A stretch of 64,000 bases of DNA from Flavobacteriales bacterium (GTDB lineage: Bacteria > Bacteroidota > Bacteroidia > Flavobacteriales_F > PHOS-HE28): contig JADJRW010000009.1 in NCBI GenBank assembly GCA_016712025.1, positions 16,066-80,065 of the forward strand, in the 5' to 3' direction. A program made the position numbers and the translations under genes. This document shows positions 19,585 to 29,403 of this stretch, in pieces (the first letter of the stretch is position 1; every line of letters begins with the position of its first letter). The notes beneath the pieces were generated by a model. The model did no database searches, was not told the DNA's origin, and saw nothing but the letters and a program-made list of their open reading frames with translations.

Positions 19585-21819
19585 CTATCCCGCCCCGTCG
19601 ATAGGCAGGCTCAGTTCCACCCGCGTTCCTTGCGGCAGATCGATGTACTTGAAGCCTGCGGGTTTGCCCTTCTGTTTCTGGACCAGGTCCAGCCTTGCCT
19701 TGGTGATCGTGGTGGCAAGTGAGGTCTTCTTCTGTGTTGTCTCTTGGCTCGTGACCTTTGGTGCATGGCGGCCCACGCCGTCATCCTCGATGGCCATCAC
19801 CAGTTCACTCCCGCGCCTTTGTACGCTGAGGGTGATGTGCCCCTTCTCCTCCTTCCCCGCCATACCGTGCCAGATGGCGTTTTCCACGAACGGTTGTATG
19901 ACCAAGGGGGGTACATGTACCTCTTCCTGATCGATGGTGGGATCCACTAGAATGGTGTAGTCGAACTTCTCGCCGCTCCGTGCGCGCTCCAGGTGCAAGT
20001 AGTTGTCCAGCGCTTCCAGGTCGTCCTTCAGCGGCACCTCGCTTTGACGGCTGTTCTCCAGTACAAGTCGCATCAACCGGGCAAAGCGGGACAAGAAAGC
20101 TGCGGCCTTGTCAGGCTCGTTCTTCTGCACAAACGCGTTGATGGAATTCAGCGCGTTGAAGATGAAGTGGGGGTTCATCTGGCTGCGCAGCGCTTGTGTT
20201 TCCAGGTGTGCGGCTTCCTTCTCGAAGCGTTCTTTCCGCCGCTTGCGGTCCAACCAGAAGAAGACGCCACTGGCGATCAGGACCAGCGCCCCGACGATGA
20301 GCAGCAGTCGGCTTCGGGTCTTTTCCTGCGCCGCTTCCAACCGGGCCACTTCTGCGCCCAAACGTTCGCGCTCCACTGCTTGCGCGCTCTCTATGCTGTC
20401 CGCCAGCATCTGGGCTTGGAAATCCGTTTCGATCTGCCGCTTCATCAGCCCCATGCGGAACTGCTCGCGGCCTAGCGAGTCGGAGGTGGTTTGGTAGAGT
20501 TCGTGCATCCGCAGCGCGGCGCGCGTGTCGTTGCGTTGTTTGTACACCTCGTAGAGCAAAAGGCTGGCACGGTTCACCAGTGAGAGATCGTTGCGTGCCC
20601 TGCCCCGGTTTAAGGCCCGCTCGCCGTAGCGCAGTGCTTCCGCGAAAGCGCCCTGCGCGAAGGACAGTTCGCCGAGGTCCACGGTGGGGTCCACATCCTC
20701 GAGCCCTTCTTGTTCGGCGAGGGCGTCGCTGGCCTTCAGAAAGAGCAGCGCACTATCCGTCCTGGTCAACGCGATCCAACAGAGCCCGATATCGCGCAGC
20801 AGTTCGGCCCGGCGCAGCACTACCGCACCGCTCGTTCCTCCGGGCAGGGCAACACCCGGCATGCTGCCGCCCACCAGGGCCAGCCCTTGGCGATGGTGCG
20901 ACAAGGCGGTCGCGTACTCCTTTGTGCGCATACGGAACCGGCCCATGCGGTCGTGGAACCTGGCGATGTCCGCAGCGACACCGCGGTCCTCGGCACGCTT
21001 CAGCCCGTCGGTGATCAGTTGCAATACCTGCTTGTCCTGCGCGGTGATGTCGTAAGTGGTGATGAGCAGGTCGATCGCGCTCATGGCGCCACTGGCGTCG
21101 CCCACTTCTTCGAAGCCTTTGTAAGCGCTTTGCGCATGGTCGAAGGCAGCTTCCAGGCCGATCCGTGCGGCGTGACGCGCGAGGGCCATTTGGGTGTAGG
21201 CCTCATTGCGCCTGTCGCCCATGGCTTGGTCCATTTTCAGCAGGCGCTGGCAGGCGAGGATGGCTCCGCGATGGTCGCCGAAACGGGTGCGGAGTTGTTC
21301 TTCCTGCCACAGCATCTGGCGCATACCGGCGGAATCCTTCAGCGCCGCGAGGGCCTTCGATCCCGCTTCCATGGTGGCGATCGCGCTATCCTGCCGACCT
21401 TCCTTCCAATGTGATTCAGCCAGCCAGTAACGCACATCCGAGCTGCGCATCCCCATACCCGTCGGGGCGATGGCCAGCGCGGCACGATAGGAAGCGCGGG
21501 CGCGGGACCCAGCGTTCTCCGAACCATACAAGAACGCCTCGCGGATGTGCAGTTCCATCAGCAGGCTGTCCGCTACTCGTTGCTCTGGTCCCAAGCCTGC
21601 CTTCAGGGCCTCGACCTCGGCGATCATGGTGGCCACTGCTTTATGGGCCTGGCCTAGAGGAACCGAACCGTTCGAAAGTGTGCTTGCCCGGGCAAGCAGT
21701 GCTTTCAGGTCCGCGCTGGCGGCCGAAGCCGTGGCCGGAGCAACCCAGGTGATCAGGCAAGCCGCAGCCCAGAGCGCCGCGCCATGGCCACCGATCTTGC
21801 AACGCATCGTACCCCGCAT
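19585..21819 (-). CDS. Sensor histidine kinase, periplasmic TPR repeats + TM + LytS-type His_kinase + HATPase
   Basis: Signal peptide (MRCKIGGHGAALWAAACLITWVAPATASA), long TPR region, TM LLLIVGALVLIASGVFFWL, MNPHFIFNALNSINAF and an ATPase domain. Stop is 38 bp upstream of the next kinase. Confidence 0.82.
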   Translation of the reverse strand: MRGTMRCKIGGHGAALWAAACLITWVAPATASAASADLKALLARASTLSNGSVPLGQAHKAVATMIAEVEALKAGLGPEQRVADSLLMELHIREAFLYGSENAGSRARASYRAALAIAPTGMGMRSSDVRYWLAESHWKEGRQDSAIATMEAGSKALAALKDSAGMRQMLWQEEQLRTRFGDHRGAILACQRLLKMDQAMGDRRNEAYTQMALARHAARIGLEAAFDHAQSAYKGFEEVGDASGAMSAIDLLITTYDITAQDKQVLQLITDGLKRAEDRGVAADIARFHDRMGRFRMRTKEYATALSHHRQGLALVGGSMPGVALPGGTSGAVVLRRAELLRDIGLCWIALTRTDSALLFLKASDALAEQEGLEDVDPTVDLGELSFAQGAFAEALRYGERALNRGRARNDLSLVNRASLLLYEVYKQRNDTRAALRMHELYQTTSDSLGREQFRMGLMKRQIETDFQAQMLADSIESAQAVERERLGAEVARLEAAQEKTRSRLLLIVGALVLIASGVFFWLDRKRRKERFEKEAAHLETQALRSQMNPHFIFNALNSINAFVQKNEPDKAAAFLSRFARLMRLVLENSRQSEVPLKDDLEALDNYLHLERARSGEKFDYTILVDPTIDQEEVHVPPLVIQPFVENAIWHGMAGKEEKGHITLSVQRRGSELVMAIEDDGVGRHAPKVTSQETTQKKTSLATTITKARLDLVQKQKGKPAGFKYIDLPQGTRVELSLPIDGAG

Positions 21820-22002
21820 GCGGCGAAGGTCGGGCGGAACCACCCCTGGTCCGTGCTCGGCACGGCTAACGACTTTGCGGGATGGATCGACCAACTACCC
21901 GGCCGGATCGTTTAGCTTGGCGTCCCTCTTACCAAGGAGTTTCGAGCTGGAACGGCGGTGACCGGGAGATCTCGGGATGGAACAATGATCGATCGGACCC
22001 TC

Positions 22003-23119
22003 ATGCGGACCATGCATACCGATAGCGTACTTCACCGCCACGGCGCTTGCGCGTGGCCTGGCGCGATGCTGTTTCTCGCGCTCCTTTCCGGACCCGCCGC
22101 TCGGGCACAACAGACCCTGGTCCGTGCGGACGGATCACAACTGAGCGGTCAAGTCCAGCGGATATCCGCCGATCATGTGGATTTCTCCGTGGCGGGTGGC
22201 CGCTCGGCCGGTACCACCAGCGTGCCTTGTGGCGAGGTGATTTGCATCGTTGACGGATCGCTTCGCGTGCATACCCGCCCCTGCGGCGGCAATGCGGGCG
22301 ATCTTGCGGGGAACGAGCCGACCTGCAACGCCTTGCTGCGGAATGACAACCAAGTGCTCAAAGGCACCATCACCCGGTGGGCCGATGATCGCTTCACCAT
22401 CCGCACAGGGCGTGGCGATGTGAACGTACCGCGCAGCGATGTGGCAGGAGTGCTTTCGCCGGGGCATGTGGAGTTCTCGCTCTCACCCGATCGGCTCAAG
22501 GCGCTCATGGCGAACGGCTCCGTGCTGAACGCCCTGAACGATGCGAGCAAATGCCCGCCCGTTGTCGAACCGCGCACCGTGCAGTATTCCGAGAAGTGGG
22601 TCGCGCCCAAGTTCGAACGCGCGGCCAGCGAGACCGCTTCAGAGGACCTCGACTTCGTGCGCTTCAAGGATGTGGCCCTCGAGAAGACCAAGCGCCTCAG
22701 CGGCTACATCGAGCAGATCACCAACAAGGAGCTCAGCAGCATTGTGAAGGACAAGGCGGTGGACCAAGCCATCGGGCTCTTCGAGCGGGCGGACAACATC
22801 GTGCATGTCTCCAACGCCACCACCGGCATTCAGAAGGAACACCTCATCACGCGCTATCTCGGCAGTCACCTGCGCATGCTGAACTACGACCTGGTGAAGA
22901 TCGAATGGGCCGACATCCAGTACGCCAGTGATTTTGAACTGCAGATGGACGGCAGCTATACCGCGGTGGTCTCGATCCAACAGCGCTTCACCGGCCGTAA
23001 CGAACAAGAACGTGCAGATCAAGCTGCGCACCTACCAGAAGGTGCAGGAGGGCCGCACCACGGTGCTCTGGGATGTGTTCCTCGGCGATATCGGCGTGGT
23101 TTCCACCAAGGCGGAATGA
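22003..23119 (+). CDS. Secreted hypothetical protein (~370 aa), one apparent frameshift near 23005
   Basis: Signal peptide ...WPGAMLFLALLSGPAARAQQ. The C-terminus in ORF 22928..23119 ends with a stop overlapping the next ATG (ATGA). The ORF-track fusion with the next gene results from the frameshift. Confidence 0.55.
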
Positions 23120-23889
23120 TGCGCACCCTCGCGATATTCTTCGCGCTCGCCTGTGCCGCGGTGGTGGTCGCGCAGACACCCGACCAGCAGTACGAACTGT
23201 GCGTGAAGCAGTTCGATGAGTTCCGCGATCGATTCAATGGCGTTTATAAAGGGACCGTGCCTCCCGGCGTGGATCCTCCGTCGCGGGAAGTGTTGCTGCA
23301 CAGCGTGCTCAGCGCCGAGGTCGCGGAGGTCGATCAGGATGCGTTCGTGCAGGCTATGCTTACCGCCGAACCGTCGGTCGCGCTGGAACTGGATGGCGTA
23401 CCCTGGCTCGCCCGCGTTACCTGCCGCACATGGACCAATGGCGATACCACGGATATCGCTTTTTGGCTGGTGCGCGAAAAGGTGGGCGCGGCCCGGAAGT
23501 GGTCGATCCTGAGCAGCGATCTCGCCCGCATCAATACGAACACGCAACTCTACATCGACTCCAAGAGCCATGAGTACGGCTTCATCGATCTGCTCCGCGT
23601 GGACGATGGTGGGCATCCCGGGGTCTATCCTTACATCGGCCCGCCGGGGATCGCCGGGTTGTTCGAATTGCAGGACGCGTTGCTGCGGTCGGAACTGCAA
23701 GTGGTCGGCATCAAGCGGATCGAAATGCATCTTCTGCAACTTCCAGGATGGTTCCTCCTGGTGGAATACCGCCCCACCCCGGTCCGTGCCAAAGACTTCA
23801 CACCCTCCGGCTGGAACATCACCAAACTCGTGCGCATGCAGGATGGCGATAAAACCGCCTACCTCTGGCACCAAGTGCTTGGTTTGTGA
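23116..23889 (+). CDS. Secreted hypothetical protein (257 aa)
   Basis: Signal peptide MMRTLAIFFALACAAVVVAQ. In frame and translationally coupled with the neighbours. Confidence 0.6.
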   Translation: MMRTLAIFFALACAAVVVAQTPDQQYELCVKQFDEFRDRFNGVYKGTVPPGVDPPSREVLLHSVLSAEVAEVDQDAFVQAMLTAEPSVALELDGVPWLARVTCRTWTNGDTTDIAFWLVREKVGAARKWSILSSDLARINTNTQLYIDSKSHEYGFIDLLRVDDGGHPGVYPYIGPPGIAGLFELQDALLRSELQVVGIKRIEMHLLQLPGWFLLVEYRPTPVRAKDFTPSGWNITKLVRMQDGDKTAYLWHQVLGL

Positions 23890-23893
23890 TCCC

Positions 23894-26718
23894 ATGTCCC
23901 TCCGTCGCGCGCTACCGATCCTCTTCGTTATGGCCACAACAGTGGTCAGCGCATTGCCGGGGGATAGCCTCACCGTACGCGACAAGGGCTTGATCAACGC
24001 GTTGGCGGAAAGCACCTTCAAGCGGTATATCCTGCTGCTCGACAACATCGCCGGCATGGAAGCCAGCGATGATGAAAGCACCCTCCTCGTGCATGAGCTC
24101 ATCACCGGCGCATGCACCGGTCGCGACCGCATGTTCCTGCGGCCCGATGTGCGCATCGAGGACAATGTGGATCCCACGAACGGATCACAGACCGCGGGCA
24201 AGGACCGCCCTGTTGAAGAATACGCCAACGATCTGCTCCTCTACTTCCAGAGCAACGATCCACTGCGCACCGCGCTGGAGGCGAAGCTGCTGAAGATGCG
24301 CGAGCCGGATGTTTCAGAGACCGCCTTCACTCAGATCCTCTACGAAATGCGCTTCCTCGGGCGGCACAGCCAGTCCACCGAGCCCTACACCATCCATCGC
24401 CGTGTGCTGGAGTTCGTGGCCGAACCACGGGCGGGGGGCGGCTGGGACGTGGTGATCGCTTCGGACAATTTCTTCGACCCCTCGGCCACCTTCGCCGAGA
24501 CGCTCCTGGAGCAGGATATGGATTCCCTCGCTCGCGCCGGGCGAAAGGACATCAAGCAGCTCACGGCGGCAGCGGCCGAGTACCGCAGCGCGTTCGAGCA
24601 GGAGCAGCACAGGGAAGAGCAACAACGCGCCGAACGGCGCCAGGCCTTCGAGACCGCCATGACGGCCGCGCGCGACCAGTTGACCAACGGCGAATTCGAA
24701 GGAGCGACGAACCTCCTGGAGCAAGCGCGTTCCATCGACCCCCTGGCTGTGGAACCGCTCGTATTGTTGAACGAGACCCGCCGCGCCATGGAGCGTAAGC
24801 GCCTGAAGGATGAGGCGGACTTCGCCTCGGCATGCGAACAAGGCGCGGCTCTCAATGGCATGCGGGCCTACGAACGTGCGAAGTTGTCCTATGAGCGCGC
24901 ACTGCTGATCAAGCCCGGGAGTACCGAGGTGAAAGCACTGGTCGACGGCCTGAGCGCGATCCTGGTGAAGAAGAAGGACAGGGAGAAGTTCCTCGCGCTA
25001 GGCGATCAGGACAAGGCCCTGTCACAGGTGCAAGCATCGCTGAAGGAACCCGGCCGGGGCGGCGATGTGGAGTTGATGGTGCTCGAAGCGCGTGTGCTGG
25101 TCGCCAAAGAGCTCAGTGGCCAGGCCGTGCCGCTGCTCAATACCGTGCTGCGACGCGAACCCCGCTATCTCGATGCCCTGGCACTGCGGGCGTCCATACT
25201 GGAAAAGAGCAACGTGGCCGATCAACAGGCCGCCGTGGCGGACTACTACACGCTGATGCTCCATGATCCCTGGCAGCCCGCCTACCATCATCGCCTCGCA
25301 CGCCTGTTGTGCAACGTCCAGGGGAAATGTGATGAGGCCATGGAAGTTTTGGAGCAGGCGAAGACCAAGGCGCCCAATGATCCCGAGACACGCTACCAGA
25401 TGGGTGTATTGCTGGCGTATCGCGCGCGCCATGCGGACGCGCTCGTGCGGTTCGATGAGGCGCTCGCCATGGACAGTGCCTCTGCGCCTTGCCACCTCGC
25501 CCGCGGCCTCAGCCTCTTGGAAATGGACCGTGTTGCCGAAGGGGAAGGGGCTGTTCTCACCGCCCAGCGCACAGGGCTCTCTCCCCAGGAACGCACCGGG
25601 ATGACCCTGCTCGCGCAACAGCACCTGTCCAAAGCGAAGGAACTGCAAGGCCTCAACGCGTTCGCGGAGGCCGACCATCAGTTCCTGCTGGCATGCGTCC
25701 TGGATCCCGAGCAGAGCGAGAACCGTTTGCTCAAGGCGCGCAACCTGATGCGCTTCGAGCAGTACACCGCCGCCATCACCGATCTGGACCGCTACATCGA
25801 GAAGGCCGTTACACCCTTCGTCGGTTTCCTGGAGCGCGGCAATTGCCACTTGGGTGCGGGCAACTACGATCTCGCGCTCAAGGATTTCGAGACCATCCTG
25901 AGCAACAATGTGGAGAGCATGCGCCAACCCGCCATGCTCGGCAAGGCCCGCGCCTATTTCGCCAAGGGCTGATCCGGCGAACGCGGAATCACTGCTGAAG
26001 GGCGTGCTGAAAACCGAGAAACGCAACGGCGAGGTCCTCGCCATGATGACCAAGATCTGTCTTGCCGCCGGGCGGTTGATGAGCGACGGGGTTCGGGGAA
26101 CAGGCGGCCGATGCCGACAAAGCGAACCATGCGTACGTCTTCGATCTCGGTCTGGCCTACCAGGCACTGCTGAACGACAATGCCGCTGTGCGCTGTTTCG
26201 AGAAAGCGATCACCCTGGGTGCCGATCGCGCCGATGCCAAGAAGCAGGTGGGCCGTTCGGCCATGCTCGTGAACAATTTGAAAGAGGCCCTTCCCGCCTT
26301 CGATGAATCCTTGCGCATCCGCGACGATGTGGAATGTGGCCGCTGGCGCGCGGACTGCCTGCGCGAGACCGGCAAGTACCAAGAGGCGCTCGAACAACTG
26401 AACCTGGTATTCGACCGCAACGAGGCGATGAAGCGGGATGTGAGCATCCATGTCGACCTCGCGATGCTCTATGTGCTCAACGATCGGCTTCCCCTGGCCA
26501 AGGACTATATCGCCGAGGCCGAGGCGTTGGATCCTTTGTACCGTCGCACCCAGATCACGAAAGGCGCCTACCTCTATCGCGCAGGGCAGCAGGAAGACGC
26601 GGTAAGGTTGCTCCGCAGTTTGGTGAACAGCGGCGAAGTGAAGGAGGATGACCTGCGCAAAATGCCCGTGTTGAAAGAAGTGCTCGCTACGAAGGCGTAC
26701 CGCGAGTCGGGTCGCTGA
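23894..26718 (+). CDS. Large TPR-repeat protein with signal peptide (~940 aa), two apparent frameshifts near 25965 and 26095
   Basis: The ORF-track 5' extension to 23570 overlaps the previous gene in another frame. MSLRRALPILFVMATTVVSA is a signal peptide. Many TPR-like repeats. The sequence continues across frames 23894..25972, then ~25966..26095 (DPANAESLLKGVLKTEKRNGEVLAMM...), then ..26718 (ADADKANHAYVFDLGLAYQALL...). Confidence 0.65.
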
Positions 26719-26743
26719 TCGCGGACGCGGAAAAAAAGCGAAA

Positions 26744-26772
26744 GGCCGATCGCGGTGATCGGCCCATTTGCC
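26744..26772. terminator. Putative bidirectional hairpin terminator between convergent genes
   Basis: GGCCGATC-GCGGT-GATCGGCC perfect 8-bp stem, preceded by AAAAAAAGCGAAA and followed by CATTTG. Lies between the TPR gene (+) and the small secreted-protein gene (-). Confidence 0.4.
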
Positions 26773-26793
26773 TTGGAGTGATCGGCTGCTGTT

Positions 26794-27303
26794 TCACATC
26801 GGCACCGCGCAGCTCATGTTCCCGGAGGCGATCAACAGATCGGGATCCAGGTCGATGATGCGCGTCTCACCCGTGGTGGCATCGAACATCACCTGGCCCA
26901 TCGGTTTGTCATAGCAGAGTTGCAGGTCGGTGGGCTGGGGTTCCAGCGTGAGGTCGAGTTCCACGCGGGCGGTGCGCTCGATCACGCCTTCCTTGCTTGG
27001 TGCATTGTGCGTGTCGATCAGCATCGTCTTGCTGATGTAGCCGGGACGGTCGAGCGTGAGCGTCACTTGATCGTTCACGGGGATGAAGAACTCGAACTTG
27101 CCATTGGGGCGGAGCGCGACTTCCATTGTCTCGGTGCCATCGGTCACTTGCATGTGGACGTTCTCCATATCGGCGGAGGCGACCAGCAGGCGGCCTTCGA
27201 AGGCAACGAAGGCCTGGGCATTGGCAGCGACTGTGATCGTAAGACCGGCGACGATCATTGCGGCTTGCAACAGAGTGCGCTTGATGTGGGGCTGGAGGTT
27301 CAT
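26794..27303 (-). CDS. Small secreted protein, CarboxypepD_reg-like; paralog 1
   Basis: MNLQPHIKRTLLQAAMIVAGLTITVAANAQA signal peptide. ~45% identical to the ORF at 28654..29163 by eye (AFEGR..., HMxVTDGTETM, DTHNAPS, RTxxV). Start at the internal Met of the ORF-track call. Confidence 0.65.
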   Translation of the reverse strand: MNLQPHIKRTLLQAAMIVAGLTITVAANAQAFVAFEGRLLVASADMENVHMQVTDGTETMEVALRPNGKFEFFIPVNDQVTLTLDRPGYISKTMLIDTHNAPSKEGVIERTARVELDLTLEPQPTDLQLCYDKPMGQVMFDATTGETRIIDLDPDLLIASGNMSCAVPM

Positions 27304-27357
27304 GGTAGTGGGGGGTGTTTGGGTTTGGTTGAGGTTGGTTGTTTCTGTTCGACGGGT

Positions 27358-27430
27358 CAAAACTGCCATGACCAGCCCCGCTGGCATAGCGGCGCCGAGC
27401 AAGTGGCGGGGGTGAGGAAGCAAGTGGCGG
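27358..27430 (-). promoter_or_regulatory. Putative LytTR-box promoter: two perfect 12-bp direct repeats AGCAAGTGGCGG spaced 21 bp, plus a -7-like element
   Basis: Plus-strand AGCAAGTGGCGG at ~27398-27409 and again at ~27419-27430. CAGTTTTG in gene sense (plus CAAAACTG 27358-27365) lies 55 nt upstream of the ATG. Confidence 0.55.
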
Positions 27431-27502
27431 AGGAGGGATAGCCTATCTTGTGGAGGCGCCGACTACCTTATCCCAACAGGTCATCCAGGAAGCCGAAAGA
27501 AC

Positions 27503-28456
27503 ATGCTCAGGGCACGCTTTCTATTCCTCACAAGTCTTGTCCTCGCCACAATGGCGACGGCGCAGAACCTTGTGCCCAATCCGAGCTTCGAGGATACGGT
27601 GGATTGTGAAACGCCGACCCAATGCCAACTGCTCAAGGCTACGCACTGGCGCAACCCGAACACCGCCACCCCCGATGTGTGGGATGCCGACCTGGTGCGT
27701 GAGTGTGGTTTTCCTATGGATTCCACGGAGATCTTCGGATATCAGGCACCTTTCCATGGATCACGATGCAGTGGGTTATATTTTTGGTTCGGACCGGGAA
27801 GCTCAGATACGAGGGAGTACCTCATGATACAGTTGACATCTTCCCTCACCTCGGGGTCTGCCTATCGGGTGGGTCTGAATTATTCCCGTCGTGATGACTT
27901 TAAATGGGCCACGGACCACATTGGTGTGTGGTTGGGAACGGATAGCGTGTTCGAGAACACACCGAACTGGCTGAGCCTCACCCCCCAGGTGCGCTTGTAC
28001 GACCCGAACAGCCCCTACCTCAGCGAGGCGGACCTTTGGGTGGAATTGGCCGATACCTTATTCGCCCAAGGCGGAGAGCATTGGATGATCATCGGGAATT
28101 TCGATGTGGCCGATTCGGTCAATGGCATCCAAGTGATACCGGTGGGCTGGTCCTATGCCTATTACTACATCGACCAAGTCAGCCTGGTGCACTTGGGGGA
28201 GGTGCAGGCATTGCCGGAACCATTGTTGCAGGTTCAGTTGATCGCAGGATCTCTTCAGATACAGCTTCCTTTCGGCTTTCAAGCGCAAGAGATCACTGTA
28301 CGAGATGTTTCTGGAAGATCGGTTCTCACTCAACCGATCCGGTCTGCATCGAGCCCAATACAAGTGGACCTGGAAGATCTCTCTGCGGGCATTTACGTGC
28401 TTACGGCGGTTGGAGGAGCATGCGGAACATCGGTTCGGTTCGTCAAGGAGGAATAG
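27503..28456 (+). CDS. T9SS C-terminal-domain secreted protein (317 aa); gene body noticeably lower in G+C than its surroundings
   Basis: Signal peptide MLRARFLFLTSLVLATMATAQNLVPNPSFE. C-terminal ~80 aa has the T9SS type-A sorting-domain pattern (...GIYVLTAVGGACGTSVRFVKEE). The 27700-28450 stretch is visibly AT-richer (~50% GC by eye). Confidence 0.65.
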   Translation: MLRARFLFLTSLVLATMATAQNLVPNPSFEDTVDCETPTQCQLLKATHWRNPNTATPDVWDADLVRECGFPMDSTEIFGYQAPFHGSRCSGLYFWFGPGSSDTREYLMIQLTSSLTSGSAYRVGLNYSRRDDFKWATDHIGVWLGTDSVFENTPNWLSLTPQVRLYDPNSPYLSEADLWVELADTLFAQGGEHWMIIGNFDVADSVNGIQVIPVGWSYAYYYIDQVSLVHLGEVQALPEPLLQVQLIAGSLQIQLPFGFQAQEITVRDVSGRSVLTQPIRSASSPIQVDLEDLSAGIYVLTAVGGACGTSVRFVKEE

Positions 28457-28653
28457 TGCCTCGAGCGAGAACTCGAAGCCCGAACTCCGGCGCGAGCTTC
28501 ATTGTGCAACAGAAAGGGGTCGCGGAAATGCGGCGGAAACCACCCCTCATTCCCCTCCTTATGTGCTCGGGCGAGCGATCACCCTCAGGAGGCGAGGTCA
28601 ATGCAGAAAGCCGCCCCGGTCCCCCGAAGCGGCTCTTCCGATCGACGTTCTCT

Positions 28654-29163
28654 TTACTGCATCGCGCTCGCTTGCGTGTCGACGGCGATCTTCTCCTGCG
28701 GCATGTTCAATATCACCGTGGTGAGGCGGCCATCGCAGTCCACGAAAGCCACCGCGCCCACTGGCCCGGCATAGGCGAGTAGCTGGCCTTCCGGCTGGCG
28801 CTCCAGTTCCAGATCGAAACCTACTTTCTCGGTGCGGGCGAAGACGCCTTCGGTGCTGGGCGCGTTGTGCGTATCGAGCAACACCTCCTTGGTGAGGTAG
28901 CCGGGACTGGCGATGTGTAACGTTACCTTTTCGTCCACGGGCACGAAGAACTTGTAGTTGCCGGTGCGGCCCAGCTCTACGTCCATGGTTTCGGTGCCAT
29001 CGGTCACCGTCATGTGTACCGGGTGCAGGGCGTTTTCCTGGAGGATCACGCGGCCCTCGAAGGCGACGTAGGCCTGGGCGTTGGCCAGTGTGCAGAGGGA
29101 GATCCCGGCGACGATCAAGCCGGCTTGGAAGAGGGTGCGGGTGATGTGGGGCTGGAGGTTCAT
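28654..29163 (-). CDS. Small secreted protein, CarboxypepD_reg-like; paralog 2
   Basis: MNLQPHITRTLFQAGLIVAGISLCTLANAQA signal peptide. Paralog of 26794..27303. Located directly downstream of the decayed TPR kinase on the same strand. Confidence 0.65.
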   Translation of the reverse strand: MNLQPHITRTLFQAGLIVAGISLCTLANAQAYVAFEGRVILQENALHPVHMTVTDGTETMDVELGRTGNYKFFVPVDEKVTLHIASPGYLTKEVLLDTHNAPSTEGVFARTEKVGFDLELERQPEGQLLAYAGPVGAVAFVDCDGRLTTVILNMPQEKIAVDTQASAMQ

Positions 29164-29205
29164 GGCAATGGGGTTTGTTAGGTGCGTTGTTGTCGTTGGC
29201 TGGGA

Positions 29206-29278
29206 CAAAACTCATCGTACCCGAAGCCGGCGCGTAGCCTGGATGAGCAAGTGGCGGGTGGGGGGAAGTAATTGGTGG
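29206..29278 (-). promoter_or_regulatory. Putative LytTR-box promoter of paralog 2
   Basis: Plus-strand AGCAAGTGGCGG (~29246-29257) and degenerate AGTAATTGGTGG (~29267-29278), 21 bp apart. GAGTTTTG in gene sense (plus CAAAACTC 29206-29213) lies 43 nt upstream of the ATG. Box-to-(-7) spacing identical to 27358..27430. Confidence 0.5.
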
Positions 29279-29403
29279 GAACGGAGATCCCAGCCGCAAG
29301 GCACTAGCCTCAAGCCACAAGCTTCATGCGGCGTCGAAGACGACATGAGGTCGTCAGGTCTGGTAGAGCTTGTGGCTAGTGGCTTGAGGCCCTCGCCCCG
29401 GCG

